Shown here: positions 38,310 to 49,370 of the stretch, in pieces | Layout: each line of letters starts with the position of its first letter | Numbering within the stretch: the stretch's first letter is position 1 | Translations under genes and position numbers: made by a program | Notes under the pieces: generated by a model | Told to the model about the DNA's origin: nothing | The model's database searches: none | The model's input: the letters and a program-made list of their open reading frames with translations, nothing else | Assembly (NCBI GenBank): GCA_965214835.1 | Contig: CBDCCK010000002.1 | Span: 1,632,001 to 1,696,000, forward strand | Origin: Nitrosopumilaceae archaeon | GTDB taxonomy: Archaea; Thermoproteota; Nitrososphaeria; Nitrososphaerales; Nitrosopumilaceae | Length of the DNA: 64,000 nt | Reading direction: 5' to 3'

Positions 38310-38880
38310 ACTCCCTCTCAAAGGAGTCTATTTCCTGCTCGTACTGAAGGGTCAGGGCGATGTCGTCTAGTCCCTCAAGGAGGACCTTCCTTTTGTACGG
38401 GTCTATTTCAAACGGGATCGACTCTCCGGGTACTGAGACGGTCTGGCTCACCAGGCTCACCTCGACGGGCTGCCGCACTTTTTGTATCCTCTGGACGGTT
38501 TGGGCAGGCAGTGATACTGGCAGGATCCCGTTTTTGAAGCAGTTGCTGTAAAAGATGTCGGCAAACGAGGGGGAGATCACCACGTCAAATCCATAGTCCT
38601 GAAGGGCCCAGACCGCGTGCTCCCGGCTTGAGCCGCATCCAAAGTTATCGCCGGTGACCAGTATTCTCGAGGAGGAGTATTTTGGATCATTGAGTACAAA
38701 GTCCGGATTGGGCCTCTCCCCGGAAAGAAACCTCCAGTTGTAGAAAAGATACCGCCCAAAGCCGGACTTTTGGACCAGTTTCAGGAACTGCTTGGGTATG
38801 ATCTGATCGGTGTCGACGTTGACCTTGTCAAGCGGGGTGACAACCGTCCTCACGGTGGCGAATTTTTTCACAGATCCCAC
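38287..38880 (-). CDS. leuD: 3-isopropylmalate dehydratase small subunit
   Basis: [29 protein letters not shown]. Confidence 0.93.
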   Translation of the reverse strand: MGSVKKFATVRTVVTPLDKVNVDTDQIIPKQFLKLVQKSGFGRYLFYNWRFLSGERPNPDFVLNDPKYSSSRILVTGDNFGCGSSREHAVWALQDYGFDVVISPSFADIFYSNCFKNGILPVSLPAQTVQRIQKVRQPVEVSLVSQTVSVPGESIPFEIDPYKRKVLLEGLDDIALTLQYEQEIDSFERESRIPSVL

Positions 38881-40280
38881 TCCCTTACGTCCACAAAGTG
38901 CCCGGCAACTGCGGCAGCTGCTGCCATTACGGGGCTTACCAGGTGGGTCCTGCCTCCCGCACCCTGCCTTCCCTCAAAGTTTCTGTTCGAGGTGCTAGCA
39001 CAGCGCTCCCCGGGCTGCAGGATGTCGGGGTTCATGCCCAGGCACATGCTGCATCCCGAATGGCGCCACTCAAAGTCGGCATCCTTGAAGATTTTGTCAA
39101 TGCCAAGCTCCTCTGCCTGCCTCCTGACCATCTGTGAGCCCGGCACCACCATTGCCCTGACGCCCGGCAAGACCCGCCTGCCCTTGATCACGCGTGCGGC
39201 ATCCCTGAGATCCTCAAGCCTTGCGTTGGTACAGGAGCCAATAAACACCCTGTCGATCGAAATGTCAGTTATCGGGGTTCCGGACTTGAGATCCATGTAC
39301 TCCAGGGCCTTTTGAACGCCGAGTCTCCGGGATTCGTCACCGGGGGAAACGTCCTCGGGATACGGGACAGAATCGGTCACGTCGCAGGTCATTCCGGGAT
39401 TCGTGCCCCAGCTTACCTGAGGGGCAATGTTGCTGGCATCAAGGGTGTATGACTTGTCAAACCGGGCGTTTGGGTCCGTCCTCAGACCGATCCTCCAGTC
39501 ATCGACTAGCTCGTCATAGTCTTCGGGGGTGAACCTGCGCCCGCGCGAGTACTCAAACGTCTTTTCATCTGGGGCGATCAGGCCCGCGCGGGCCCCGCCC
39601 TCTATGGACATGTTGCAGACAGTCATTCGCTGCTCCATGGACAGCTCCTCAATTGCCTCCCCGCGGTATTCGACTATTGTTCCCGTTCCGCCTGCGGTTC
39701 CGATGTTTTTGATGATTGACAGGATTATGTCCTTGGCAGTAACCGCAAGAGGGTTCCTGCGCCTGCCCTCGACCCTGATCTCAAAGGACCTGGGCTTGCT
39801 CATCCACAGGGTCTGGGAGGCCAGCACATGCTCGACCTCGCTTGTTCCAATGCCAAATGCCAGCGCACCAAATGCCCCGTGGGTGGAGGTGTGGCTGTCG
39901 CCGCAGACGATCGTGGTTCCGGGCAGCGTCATGCCCAGCTGGGGCCCTATTACGTGCACGATTCCCTGGTCCGGACTGCCAATTCCAAACAGCCTTATTC
40001 CAAAATCCCGGCAGTTCTTGGCCAGTGTCTTGATCTGTATTTCCGAGGTCTGATCGACTATCGGCAGCGACCTGCCGGTGGTAGGCACGTTATGATCCAT
40101 GGTTGCAATCGTCAGGTCGGGCCTGCGCACCCCCCGGTTGCTCACCCTCAGCCCGTCAAAGGCCTGTGGGGAGGTGACCTCATGGATCAGATGCCTGTCA
40201 ACGTAAAGCAGCGACGGCCCGCCTTTTTTTTGGACAACGACGTGGCTGTTCCAGATTTTCTCAAATAGCGTCTCGGGCAT
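38868..40280 (-). CDS. leuC: 3-isopropylmalate dehydratase large subunit
   Basis: [42 protein letters not shown]. Confidence 0.95.
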   Translation of the reverse strand: MPETLFEKIWNSHVVVQKKGGPSLLYVDRHLIHEVTSPQAFDGLRVSNRGVRRPDLTIATMDHNVPTTGRSLPIVDQTSEIQIKTLAKNCRDFGIRLFGIGSPDQGIVHVIGPQLGMTLPGTTIVCGDSHTSTHGAFGALAFGIGTSEVEHVLASQTLWMSKPRSFEIRVEGRRRNPLAVTAKDIILSIIKNIGTAGGTGTIVEYRGEAIEELSMEQRMTVCNMSIEGGARAGLIAPDEKTFEYSRGRRFTPEDYDELVDDWRIGLRTDPNARFDKSYTLDASNIAPQVSWGTNPGMTCDVTDSVPYPEDVSPGDESRRLGVQKALEYMDLKSGTPITDISIDRVFIGSCTNARLEDLRDAARVIKGRRVLPGVRAMVVPGSQMVRRQAEELGIDKIFKDADFEWRHSGCSMCLGMNPDILQPGERCASTSNRNFEGRQGAGGRTHLVSPVMAAAAAVAGHFVDVREWDL

Positions 40281-40282
40281 CT

Positions 40283-40768
40283 TCACTCGGGCTTGAACTT
40301 GAACAGACCGCCTGCGGCAATGATCCTTCCGATAATCTCTGAGAACGGCTTCATAGGATATGCCTCGTTTTTTGTAATGTTGGTGATTTTATTTTCATCG
40401 GTGCTGATGTCAAGCTCGTCGCCTGCAGAAATCCTCCCGTACGTGTCCTCGTCAACCTCAATCGGCAGCAAAAACGCGCCGTCAACTGAGTTTCTGTAAA
40501 AAATCCGGGCAAAGGATACGGCAAGCACCGCCCGGATTCCAGAGTGGGACAGGGCTATAGGGGCGTGCTCACGGCTGGAACCGCAGCCAAAGTTTTTGCC
40601 TGCCAGGATAAAATCCCCGGGCCTCACCTTGGAATGAAAGTCTGGATCCAGTCCCTCCATCGCATGGGCCGCCAGCTCCTCATAGTCGTGTACCTTCAGG
40701 TACTGGCCGGGGATTATGACGTCTGTGTCGATGTTGTCTTGCTCGTACTTTATCACGTTTCCCCTCAT
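40283..40768 (-). CDS. LeuD/HacB-type dehydratase small subunit
   Basis: [24 protein letters not shown]; ATG at 40768. Confidence 0.9.
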   Translation of the reverse strand: MRGNVIKYEQDNIDTDVIIPGQYLKVHDYEELAAHAMEGLDPDFHSKVRPGDFILAGKNFGCGSSREHAPIALSHSGIRAVLAVSFARIFYRNSVDGAFLLPIEVDEDTYGRISAGDELDISTDENKITNITKNEAYPMKPFSEIIGRIIAAGGLFKFKPE

Positions 40769-42036
40769 GACAGATCCCTCGGATCGGTGATTCTGCCGGT
40801 TACGGCGGAGGCCGCTGCAACCAGGGGGGACGCAAGGTAGGTCTGAGAGTCCACGTGGCCCATACGTCCGGGAAAGTTCCGGTTGGTGGTGCTGATGCAC
40901 ACCTCGTCTTTTGCCAGGACGCCCATGTGGGCTCCACAGCAGGCGCCGCAGGTGGGCGGTCCCACCGTCGCGCCGGCATCCAGGAATATCTTGATCAGGC
41001 CGTTCTCCACTGCCTGCCTGTAGATGGAGATGGCCGCGGGAAGCACCTCGGTCCTGATCCTGACCCGGCGTCCCTTCAGGATTCTCGCGGCAGCCTCGAT
41101 GTCCTCGTACTTTGCCCCGGTACAGGAGCCGATGTATGCCTTGTCCAGCTCGACTGAGGGGGCCTCCCTGACTATGGAGATGTTTTCCGGCGAGAACGGT
41201 CTTGCAACGACGGGCTCCATCTCGGATCCCTCGTATTCGAGGACTTTTGCATATTGTGCATCATCATCACCCCTGACCGGGACATAGTCTGCAGCCCCGC
41301 GTGCTGCCAGATAGTCAAACACCTTTTGATCAGGCTCTATAATCCCGTTTTTTGCACCGGCCTCTGTAGTCATGTTGCAAAGCGTCAGCCTGCCCTCTAC
41401 TGACATTTCATCTATGCCGGTGCCGCCAAACTGCATTGATCGGTAGGCACCGCCGTCGGTTCCAATGTCTCCGATGATCCTCAGGATGAAATCCTTTGCC
41501 ATCACGTGATCTGGCAGTCCTCCATTGAGTCTAAAGTACACGGTCTCGGGAACCTTGAACCAGATCTGGCCGTTGAGCAGCACGTATGCAATGTCGGTGT
41601 GTCCTAGGCCGCACGCAAAGGCCCCCAGTGCGCCAGTCGTGTTCGTATGCGAGTCACCGCCGACATAGACCTCTCCAGGAAGGACCATGGCCTCCTCATG
41701 GGACAGCGTGTGGCAGATTCCATACTGCCCCATCCCGTACTTGAAGTGCCTTTTTATGCCGTAATTCTTTGTAAAGTTTGACAGCTTTACGATGTTTTCC
41801 GCAGAGATCTTCTCGGCAGAGGGGACAAAGTGATCCTCGGCAACCCAGACACGTGCAGGATCCCAGAGTTTGTCGGTCCGAATGCCCTGCTTTTGCAGCC
41901 TGTCAAATACCTTGAGCACCCCGGGTCCGGATACGTCATGCACCATTACCTTGTCTACCTTGGCAAAGACCACATCGTCAGGGGCCAGGCTCCCTCTTCC
42001 GGAGGCGCGTGCCAAAATTTTCTCTACAACATTCAC
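40765..42036 (-). CDS. LeuC/HacA-type (homoaconitase-like) large subunit
   Basis: GDSHT, GSCTG, CGACCGAH, NRNFPGRMG. Confidence 0.92.
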   Translation of the reverse strand: MNVVEKILARASGRGSLAPDDVVFAKVDKVMVHDVSGPGVLKVFDRLQKQGIRTDKLWDPARVWVAEDHFVPSAEKISAENIVKLSNFTKNYGIKRHFKYGMGQYGICHTLSHEEAMVLPGEVYVGGDSHTNTTGALGAFACGLGHTDIAYVLLNGQIWFKVPETVYFRLNGGLPDHVMAKDFILRIIGDIGTDGGAYRSMQFGGTGIDEMSVEGRLTLCNMTTEAGAKNGIIEPDQKVFDYLAARGAADYVPVRGDDDAQYAKVLEYEGSEMEPVVARPFSPENISIVREAPSVELDKAYIGSCTGAKYEDIEAAARILKGRRVRIRTEVLPAAISIYRQAVENGLIKIFLDAGATVGPPTCGACCGAHMGVLAKDEVCISTTNRNFPGRMGHVDSQTYLASPLVAAASAVTGRITDPRDLS

Positions 42037-42108
42037 AATCCCAAAATCTTTGCCTAGTGATTAAAAGCTTTTCAGAAGGATAAAAAGACACGATGCTGGA
42101 TCAGGTGC

Positions 42109-42888
42109 ATGGCATTGGAGGCTCATCCGCTAGCTGTTGACAGAAGGTCTGACGAATTCCCGCTGCTTGACGACCTGGTTTTGGCCCTGGAAAAAAACGG
42201 CGTCAGGATGGAGGACGGCGACGTACTGGTCATATCAAGCAAGTATGTTGCAAATTCACAGGGCAGGGTCATAAACCTGGAAAATGTCAGATCATACCCG
42301 GACGGGGCAGGGATCTCAGAAAGGTTCCACATCCCAGAAAGACTTGCAGAGGTGGTTCAGAGAGAGTCGGATTTGGTGCTTGGGGGGATGGCCGGCTTTG
42401 TCATGGCGGCGATCGACGGCATACTGGCCCCCAATGCGGGAATCGATAGATCAAACTCAAAAAGAGACGAGGTCATTTTGTATCCAAACAACCCGTACGA
42501 GACGGCCGAGGAGCTAAGAAGGGGGATCTTCTTGAGGTTCCTGGTCAGCGCAGGGGTGATAATCACAGACAGCAGGCTGATGCCGGCAAGGGTCGGTACA
42601 GTCGGGGTTGCAATCGGGTGTGCAGGAATCGAGCCGGTCAACGACATGAGGGCACAAAAGGACTTGGACGGAAACCCGCTAAAGGTCACCATGCAGGCCG
42701 TTGCAGACAGCCTGGCAACGGTGGCAAACCACAGCATGGGCGAGGGCTCCGAATCAAGGCCGTATGTTGTGATAAAAAAATCAGACGCAAGGCTGACGAC
42801 AAGAAGGATTCCTTCAAACGAGATTTCAATAGCGCACGATCAGTGCATATATGTGCGCAGTTTGAAAAAGCAGTCCAGTTTTAAATAA
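42109..42888 (+). CDS. cofE: Coenzyme F420-0:L-glutamate ligase
   Basis: ISSK, NAGIDRSN, IITDS, DLDGNPLKVT, GEG. Confidence 0.92.
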   Translation: MALEAHPLAVDRRSDEFPLLDDLVLALEKNGVRMEDGDVLVISSKYVANSQGRVINLENVRSYPDGAGISERFHIPERLAEVVQRESDLVLGGMAGFVMAAIDGILAPNAGIDRSNSKRDEVILYPNNPYETAEELRRGIFLRFLVSAGVIITDSRLMPARVGTVGVAIGCAGIEPVNDMRAQKDLDGNPLKVTMQAVADSLATVANHSMGEGSESRPYVVIKKSDARLTTRRIPSNEISIAHDQCIYVRSLKKQSSFK

Positions 42889-42910
42889 GGCCCAGGGTAC
42901 AGAAGCTCCG

Positions 42911-43462
42911 TTGGAGTATCATACAAAATATCCAAAAACAATAGTCCTAGAGAAGGGCAGGAAGGAGAGGCTGGCTGCAGATTCCAGGCAAGGGGTAGAG
43001 CAGCTGCACGTCATTGCAAAGGAGAGATTTGAGAGGCTGTACCGTGTTTTTAGGGACGAGGGGTTTACCAGGGTAAAATTTGAGCACAAGCGGCCGCTCC
43101 AGCTGGGAAGCGGCCTTTCATTGAAGCTAGGCAAGCCTTGGGAGATGCATGTAAGGATGTCAAGGATGGACGGGGAAAGAGTCATGATCCATGCAGAGGT
43201 GGAGGTCTCCAGGGACTATATGCAGCATTTGTTTTCCCAGAGGACTCCGGTAGTTTATGAGGTGATAAAAATTCTGGAGGGAAACCAGATAGAGTGCAGA
43301 ATATGGAACCAGAGAATAAAAAAATACGTCTCTGCAGTTATGGAAAACTACAGGATCAGGTTATCCACTCCGAGCCTGCCTGCGTTTGCATGGAAGCCCA
43401 TGGTATTCTCAATCGGAACCGTGGGGCTGTTTTATTTGATAAAGTATCTTCTGACCATTTAA
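42911..43462 (+). CDS. Hypothetical protein with C-terminal TM segment
   Basis: 183-aa ORF, PWEMHVR..HAEVE. Confidence 0.75.
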   Translation: MEYHTKYPKTIVLEKGRKERLAADSRQGVEQLHVIAKERFERLYRVFRDEGFTRVKFEHKRPLQLGSGLSLKLGKPWEMHVRMSRMDGERVMIHAEVEVSRDYMQHLFSQRTPVVYEVIKILEGNQIECRIWNQRIKKYVSAVMENYRIRLSTPSLPAFAWKPMVFSIGTVGLFYLIKYLLTI

Positions 43463-43465
43463 AAG

Positions 43466-43792
43466 TCAGACGCCAAGGCCTTCGGCTTTGGTCAAGTCAA
43501 GGTATACCTTGTCTCCGACGGAGAGGTTCATCACCTTGTACTCGTGCATGTCAAGCTTGATGGATGTGACGCCGGAGGCCATTCCGGGTCCCCCCATTCC
43601 AGAAAGCATCTTGTTAAGATCCTTCATCATGTCATTCATGTTTGAAAACCCCATTACCTTCGGGCTGCCAAACGGGCTTTGCGGCTGTCCTGACCCCTCC
43701 CGCATGTCCTTTGAAGACATTAACGACACTACGACATAGGGCTGTCCGTCAGGTGCAGAATCGATGCTCTTTACGACGTATTCCTTTCTCAT
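43466..43792 (-). CDS. Hypothetical protein
   Basis: MRKEYVVKSID..; TTATAA upstream. Confidence 0.75.
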   Translation of the reverse strand: MRKEYVVKSIDSAPDGQPYVVVSLMSSKDMREGSGQPQSPFGSPKVMGFSNMNDMMKDLNKMLSGMGGPGMASGVTSIKLDMHEYKVMNLSVGDKVYLDLTKAEGLGV

Positions 43793-44091
43793 GCCTGTTG
43801 AATGCAAGGTGCCCTTATAATTTTAATTGTATGCAGTCTTCCCAGAAGTTCCCCGTAAGATGGCTCCAAATTCGATGCAACTCGGTTTAGACTGCCTGCA
43901 GATCCACGCACCACCATCCGCACCGCCATGGGCTGGACTACTGGGAAGATGTGGGCCCGCGCCGGGTTCATGTCCGATATGAGACGACACATGACGGCAG
44001 AGGGCGACTGAGAAGCGATTCTTAATTAGCAGATTTTGACCCACTTGGGCACTAATCTATGCCTGACGGATCAAAATACCTGTAAAACCAT

Positions 44092-45809
44092 AGACCTTAT
44101 GCGTAAACGAAATTAGCGGCGATGCCCCCGGCGCACGGGCTACAAATGAGGCAAGTCAGGGCCGGCGCACGCGCGACTGTACCTTACAACGTTGAAAATA
44201 TTTGATCAAAACCACAACTATTTTCAGACGATTGATTTAGATCCGGGATCCATTCTCGCATAAGAGTAATGGCAAAGTCCGAGACCGAGCAGATACGACT
44301 GCTGAAGAAGAGAATCGAGCAGTACGAGAAGGAGAAGGTACAGGACAGGAAGGAGAAGGCGCGGGACAAAAAGAAGATCAAGAAGTATGAGAAGAGGATC
44401 AAGAGGCACGAGAAGAAGAGCAGGCAGGACAGGAAGGAGAAGGCGCGGGACAGGACGGAGAGGATGCAGTACAGGAAGGAGATCAGAGAGTACGAGAAGA
44501 AGAGCAGGCAGGACGGCAGGAGGCAGGAGCGGGATCAGGAGAGGATAGGGCAGCTGGAACAGCAGCTGGACGCCGAGCGCCGGATGTGGCCCGCAACCTG
44601 GGATGACGACAGGCGCTCCGCGGACAACGCCGCCCTCATGCACAGGCTCGAGGTGCTCGATGACATAATCGGTGGCGGGTCCCTGCAGCCCACCACGTCG
44701 ATGAACCTCCGCCAGTTTGACTACATATATGACCGGTTTACGAAGCTTGCCAAAAAGCACACAGAAGGCCCCCTGTTCTCAGAAGACGAGGACAACTTGC
44801 CCGGAAACCGGTGCAAGCTGTCCTACCGCCACGCCCTGCTGATGTCGCTGATGCGCAAGTACGGAAACCCGACACAGGAGCAGCTTGCGGCATTCTTTGG
44901 CATAGACCAGAGCACCGTATGCAGGTACCTCAGGTATTGCGACATGATATTCACCAAGATACTGCCCACGCCGGACGCCGTATCGCGAAAGATACAAAAC
45001 GCCCGCACGATCAAGGAAGTCAAGAAGATCGTCCCGGATCTGACCGTGATTGTAGACGGCACGCACATCGACATACAGCGCCCCACAGACAAGGAGCCAA
45101 GAAAGGAGGCATACTCTGGCAAGAAGAAGAGCTTTACGCGCAACACCCAGGTGATTGCCGACAAGAAGGGACTGGCGATGTATGCAAGCAAGTCGGCGCC
45201 CGGAAGCACGCACGACCTCACCATGATAAAGAACAACCCACCGGATCTGGGAATCCTGACTGCCAGGATGCGCAGCAACAGAAAGCACCCCGAGGACGAG
45301 AAGGTAAAGATGTTCTCTGATCTGGGATACATGGGAATCGAGGAGGTGTATCCCGGGGCCACATCCGTGCAGCCCGACAAGAAGCCAAGGAAAGGCAAGC
45401 TTACAAAGAAACAGAAAGCGCAGAACAGGAGGATAAGCAGCAAGAGGGTGACAGTAGAGCACGCCATAGGACGGATAAAGCAGTACAAGCGGATGCGTGA
45501 TCCGTACGACGGGACCGCCGAGGAGTTCGACAGGGAGTTCCAGGTGACGGCCGGGCTTGCCAACTTTAGGCTGCTGTGGGACAAGCGGAACAAGAAGCTC
45601 ATGCATGGGTTCTGATACCACGATACGGAGCGCATTGCGGCGCCACACGATGCCGCACTATACTGTAGTTTTTACCAGCTGTAATGGCTCGTAGCTGCAC
45701 TATATACGGACTCTGCCGCCCTCATACACGTCATGTGATGCCGTCAGCCTTGCATGTATGGCCGGCCACCGTCGGAATATTTCGATCCGGTCGATTACGC
45801 ATAAGGTCT
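44092..45809 (+). mobile_element. Intact IS5/ISL2-like element, 1718 bp, 3-bp TSD CAT; probable driver of MITE A/A2
   Basis: AGACCTTATGCGTAA...TTACGCATAAGGTCT; CAT at 44089-44091 and 45810-45812. Confidence 0.9.
44269..45615 (+). CDS. DDE_Tnp_4-type transposase with repetitive charged N-terminal coiled coil
   Basis: FGIDQSTV HTH, IVDGTH, YSGKKK, HDL, SDLGY, RVTVEHAIGRIK. Confidence 0.92.
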   Translation: MAKSETEQIRLLKKRIEQYEKEKVQDRKEKARDKKKIKKYEKRIKRHEKKSRQDRKEKARDRTERMQYRKEIREYEKKSRQDGRRQERDQERIGQLEQQLDAERRMWPATWDDDRRSADNAALMHRLEVLDDIIGGGSLQPTTSMNLRQFDYIYDRFTKLAKKHTEGPLFSEDEDNLPGNRCKLSYRHALLMSLMRKYGNPTQEQLAAFFGIDQSTVCRYLRYCDMIFTKILPTPDAVSRKIQNARTIKEVKKIVPDLTVIVDGTHIDIQRPTDKEPRKEAYSGKKKSFTRNTQVIADKKGLAMYASKSAPGSTHDLTMIKNNPPDLGILTARMRSNRKHPEDEKVKMFSDLGYMGIEEVYPGATSVQPDKKPRKGKLTKKQKAQNRRISSKRVTVEHAIGRIKQYKRMRDPYDGTAEEFDREFQVTAGLANFRLLWDKRNKKLMHGF

Positions 45810-45821
45810 CATGTACAAATC

Positions 45822-46755
45822 ATGTGTTTGATCGATAGACTGACAAAAAACCCACGGACGTTCCGGATGTTTGCAGGAATGACCGAGGCAGAGTTTGACC
45901 AGCTGTGTACCGAGGTGCAAAAGAAATTTCCAGATACCGAGAAGAAGAGGCTCTCAAGGCCCGACCGTGTGCGGGATATAGGCGCAGGCAGGCCCTTTGC
46001 CCTGGATCTGAGGAACCGCGTACTGCTGGTCTTGTTCTACTACAGGACGTACGTCTCCCAGGACGTGGCTGGCGCCATGTTCGGTATAGGACAGGCGTCG
46101 GTCTCGCGCTCCATAAGCCTGACTGAGCCCCTGCTAAAACAATGCCTGCCGATCCCCGAGAAGATCTACAAGGACTCCAAGAGGATCTCCTCAGTCGAGG
46201 AGCTGGCCGAGATCTTCCCGGGGATGGTGTGCCTGACTGACGCCTCCGAGCAGCCCACAAACAGGCCCAAGAGAAAGGACATGGAAAAGTCGCACTATTC
46301 GGGCAAGGCAGGCACGCACACGGCCAAGGTCCAGTATACGGTCAACATACACGGTGCCATAGTGCACAAGACCCCGCACTCGCCGGGGCGCGTAAACGAC
46401 GTCAAGATATACCAGATGAAGCACCCCACGTTCTGGAGCGGTGAGGAGGACGGCGAGGAGCTGCGGCACTATATGGATCGCGGATACCAGGGTGCGCAGC
46501 ACATCGATGCAGGGACGAAGGTTATACTTCCAATCAAGAAGAGTCCTGGCGGCAAGCTGACCGACGATGAAAGAGTACAACAGAACACACTCAAAGATAC
46601 GGGTGTACGTGGAGAATGGCATACGCAGGGTCAAGACATTCAAGATAATGAGCTACAAGTACAGAAACAGGCTCAGAAAGTACGATCTGGCCAACAGTAT
46701 CGTGTGCGGGCTGGTCAACCTGAGGATACTGGAACGGATAGCTGCTGTGGCCTGA
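45822..46755 (+). pseudogene. Second DDE_Tnp_4-type transposase, frameshift near 46570
   Basis: GAGRPF, TDASEQ, YSGK, MDRGY, then RVYVENGIRRVK in another frame. Confidence 0.85.
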
Positions 46756-46793
46756 AAAACACGGCAGAAAACAACTGCAACCTGCCACTCGTA

Positions 46794-47415
46794 ATTTAAT
46801 TACGGATTGCTTCTCAGGGGAGTCGACTGCTTGCATGGCCGCATACGCCTCGAACCTGCTTGTTCCCTTTTTGTGCTTTGATCGTATAAGGTACTTCATG
46901 TTGTCCTTGTCGTATTTGGGTATCTCGTGCCTAGTCTATTGCAATCATGACCGGGCCTTTTTTGTGAATGCCGCCCTTTTTAGCAGGACTGCAGTCTCAA
47001 TCATGTCAGCGCAGATCTTTCTTATCCCCTCAAGACCCGCGGTTCTGACCTGCCCGTGAAACCATCTTGCGGTGGGCAGGTTCTCGCTGTCTTCAAACTC
47101 CAGCACCGCCTCTGTCGCAGTCTGGCCCGATCTGCACATGGAGGACAGAATCATCACAAACTGGGGTAGTCCGTATAGTGCGTTATGCTGTTTGGAGAAC
47201 TTGATTCTGCCCCTGCCTATGATGTCTGCCAAGGTATTGGGTACCCTGTTGTCCATGTTGATGCGGTGCTTTTGCCCACTTTTGTTCACGCACTATGGCG
47301 GACAGGGGCGCCTTGCAGTTGATCTGCATGATCCAGATTTGCTTGCATTTTTGGTGGATTTTTTTATGCTGTCGTCTGCTAGGCGTGTTTAAAGTAGGTA
47401 CATTTCCATCTACTG
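46794..47415 (-). mobile_element. ISH3-like remnant (left end plus truncated transposase)
   Basis: End CAGTAGATGGAAATG; fragments LPTARWF, HEIPKYDK, SKHKKGTSRFEAYA. Confidence 0.7.
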
Positions 47416-47487
47416 AACAATGCAAATTGCATAAAAATTAGGCCTAATTCTAAGAGGGCGTGAATTCATACACCGAATTTTCGTATG

Positions 47488-47496
47488 TTTATAAAA
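47488..47496 (+). promoter_or_regulatory. TATA box of the AT-rich three-gene cassette
   Basis: TTTATAAAA about 25 nt before ATG 47519 (leaderless spacing). Confidence 0.6.
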
Positions 47497-47518
47497 GGTT
47501 TCTAGGCAGTAAAATTGG

Positions 47519-48304
47519 ATGTCAGCCGAACAAACTCCGGACGGTTTTTCATTGCAGCTTGGTACAGGCCTTCATCCAAAAGAATCTACAAGTGAGCTGT
47601 TCTTAAAAACTGCTACCAACCCTACATTTCCATTTTTACATATGAAAATAATCGAGGATGAAACAATTGGGGACGTTTCGATTGATATCAAAGTAAACAA
47701 AAAAATTTATGAGTTTTTGAAAACATTTGCTCAATCTGAAGACATTGTATTTTATTTTACAAACAATGGAGGATTATCTCAATGGACATTCGATATGATA
47801 GTCACCATGAAGATTCTCTCTGAATTAGAAATAATGCCAAAAATTGATAACTGGACAAAAACTGCACGAGAATGTTTGACTAAAGTAATGAACAATGAAA
47901 AGTTTGATCCTGTTTTTAACAATGAAAATGCATTGGCAAGCTCAAAAGAATTACTATCTTCATTTGAAATTTTAGATCACGTGGAAAAAACCGAGCTGCT
48001 TTTTTTGACAGCTGACGAAGCATTGAAAGAGAGAGTCATGGATTCGGGAACGCTGATTTACAGATTGGCCATGGCCATTTATCATTCTGATCGTGGCGTA
48101 GGCAGATCAATTCTAACTGCGATGGATGAGCCAAGCTCCGTATACCTTAAATTGATCAAAAGCTCCTCATATAGCAAGTGGGAATCAAAGTTTTCCGAAA
48201 TGATGAGTCTGCCACTAGAATCAAGAATAAAAATTACCAAAGTGTTAACCGCGTTTACGGTTGCGTCTTACGTCTATCATAAAACAGTAAAAGGCGATAA
48301 TTAA
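47519..48304 (+). CDS. Hypothetical protein, cassette gene 1
   Basis: 261-aa AT-rich ORF, TAATG-coupled to gene 2. Confidence 0.75.
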   Translation: MSAEQTPDGFSLQLGTGLHPKESTSELFLKTATNPTFPFLHMKIIEDETIGDVSIDIKVNKKIYEFLKTFAQSEDIVFYFTNNGGLSQWTFDMIVTMKILSELEIMPKIDNWTKTARECLTKVMNNEKFDPVFNNENALASSKELLSSFEILDHVEKTELLFLTADEALKERVMDSGTLIYRLAMAIYHSDRGVGRSILTAMDEPSSVYLKLIKSSSYSKWESKFSEMMSLPLESRIKITKVLTAFTVASYVYHKTVKGDN

Positions 48305-48990
48305 TGGGTGATAAAACAAAGTTTTCAAACAGAGTTCGACCAAAGGATGTTGAAATTGTTAAAAATACCATTGGCGATGAATTGAATGTGCTCAACGCAG
48401 ATGAAACTGCATGGGAAGGACTAGTTGATCCTCCTGTGGATCCAGCCGTTGAAGGCACTACACCACCACCTATTGACGAATTGCAGTCATTCCATCGCAG
48501 TGTTTTTATTGGATCTGTTTCTGGTTTTAGATACGCACCATCAACCATTCCAGACGAACAAGAAAGTGAAATTGAAAAAATCGTAGATAGAAAAATGGCG
48601 AAAAATATGCCGATGTTTCAACGCATCATGAGTTCTATGGTAGATAAGAAATTACAATCCTTGGAAATGTCTAACACCCGCCTACAAGGCGTGTTTGGTT
48701 CTAGGAATGCATCTCAACACAATGCCGAAACGCTAGAATCCACCATAAGAGACTCGTTTAATGACATGGATTTTATAAAGCAAGTATGCTATTTGGATAC
48801 TGGCGATGATCTCCGATTAATCGTAATTCTTGAAAGTGAAGATCTTGAACCTGCTTTTAGCGCAATAATTGACAGAGTCATAGAACTAGAAGAATTGCTA
48901 TGTGATATCAGCATAGAACCGTGGGTATTGCGTCAATCCGAAGTTGAACCACATCACTTAACCAACGCAAAAACCGTTTTCAAGAAATAA
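48304..48990 (+). CDS. Hypothetical protein with possible degenerate MNT-like C-terminal domain
   Basis: IKQVCYLDTGDDLRLIVIL..IELEELL..ISIEPWVL pattern; precedes the HEPN gene. Confidence 0.55.
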   Translation: MGDKTKFSNRVRPKDVEIVKNTIGDELNVLNADETAWEGLVDPPVDPAVEGTTPPPIDELQSFHRSVFIGSVSGFRYAPSTIPDEQESEIEKIVDRKMAKNMPMFQRIMSSMVDKKLQSLEMSNTRLQGVFGSRNASQHNAETLESTIRDSFNDMDFIKQVCYLDTGDDLRLIVILESEDLEPAFSAIIDRVIELEELLCDISIEPWVLRQSEVEPHHLTNAKTVFKK

Positions 48991-48999
48991 AGTGATTAA

Positions 49000-49347
49000 A
49001 TGACGTCCATGTCTTGGCATGAATCACAAAGTAACCACAACAAAAACACATGTGATTTTCTTCATACTGAAAACCCTAGGCATATAGATTGGGAGGTAAC
49101 CACACTGTTCTATTCTGCATTACATTTAGTTAACAATTATTTTGAAAAAAACAACATTGCACTACCAGAAACCCACAACGCCCGGGAAAAACTAGTAAAA
49201 AAAGAATTACCTTCCATACATCCACACTATCGCAAATTACATTCCTTGAGCCTCAGGGCACGATATACAGTAGGACATAAAATGCAAGATTCTGACCGAC
49301 AAATTGCAACAAATAATTTTTCGTTTTTAAAAACAAACATTCCATAA
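49000..49347 (+). CDS. HEPN-domain protein
   Basis: DWEVTTLFYSALHLV, THNAR, LSLRARY. Confidence 0.75.
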   Translation: MTSMSWHESQSNHNKNTCDFLHTENPRHIDWEVTTLFYSALHLVNNYFEKNNIALPETHNAREKLVKKELPSIHPHYRKLHSLSLRARYTVGHKMQDSDRQIATNNFSFLKTNIP

Positions 49348-49370
49348 CCTATCACACACTACGTTTGACT

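Noticed and set aside
38287-42036. Duplicated leuCD as a novelty
   Set aside because: Two aconitase-family pairs (leucine and homoaconitase/citramalate type) are ordinary for archaea.
44779-45648. Long antisense ORFs (289 and 270 aa) and similar shadows elsewhere, e.g. 11594-12472
   Set aside because: Reverse-frame shadows of GC3-rich genes with no recognisable motifs.
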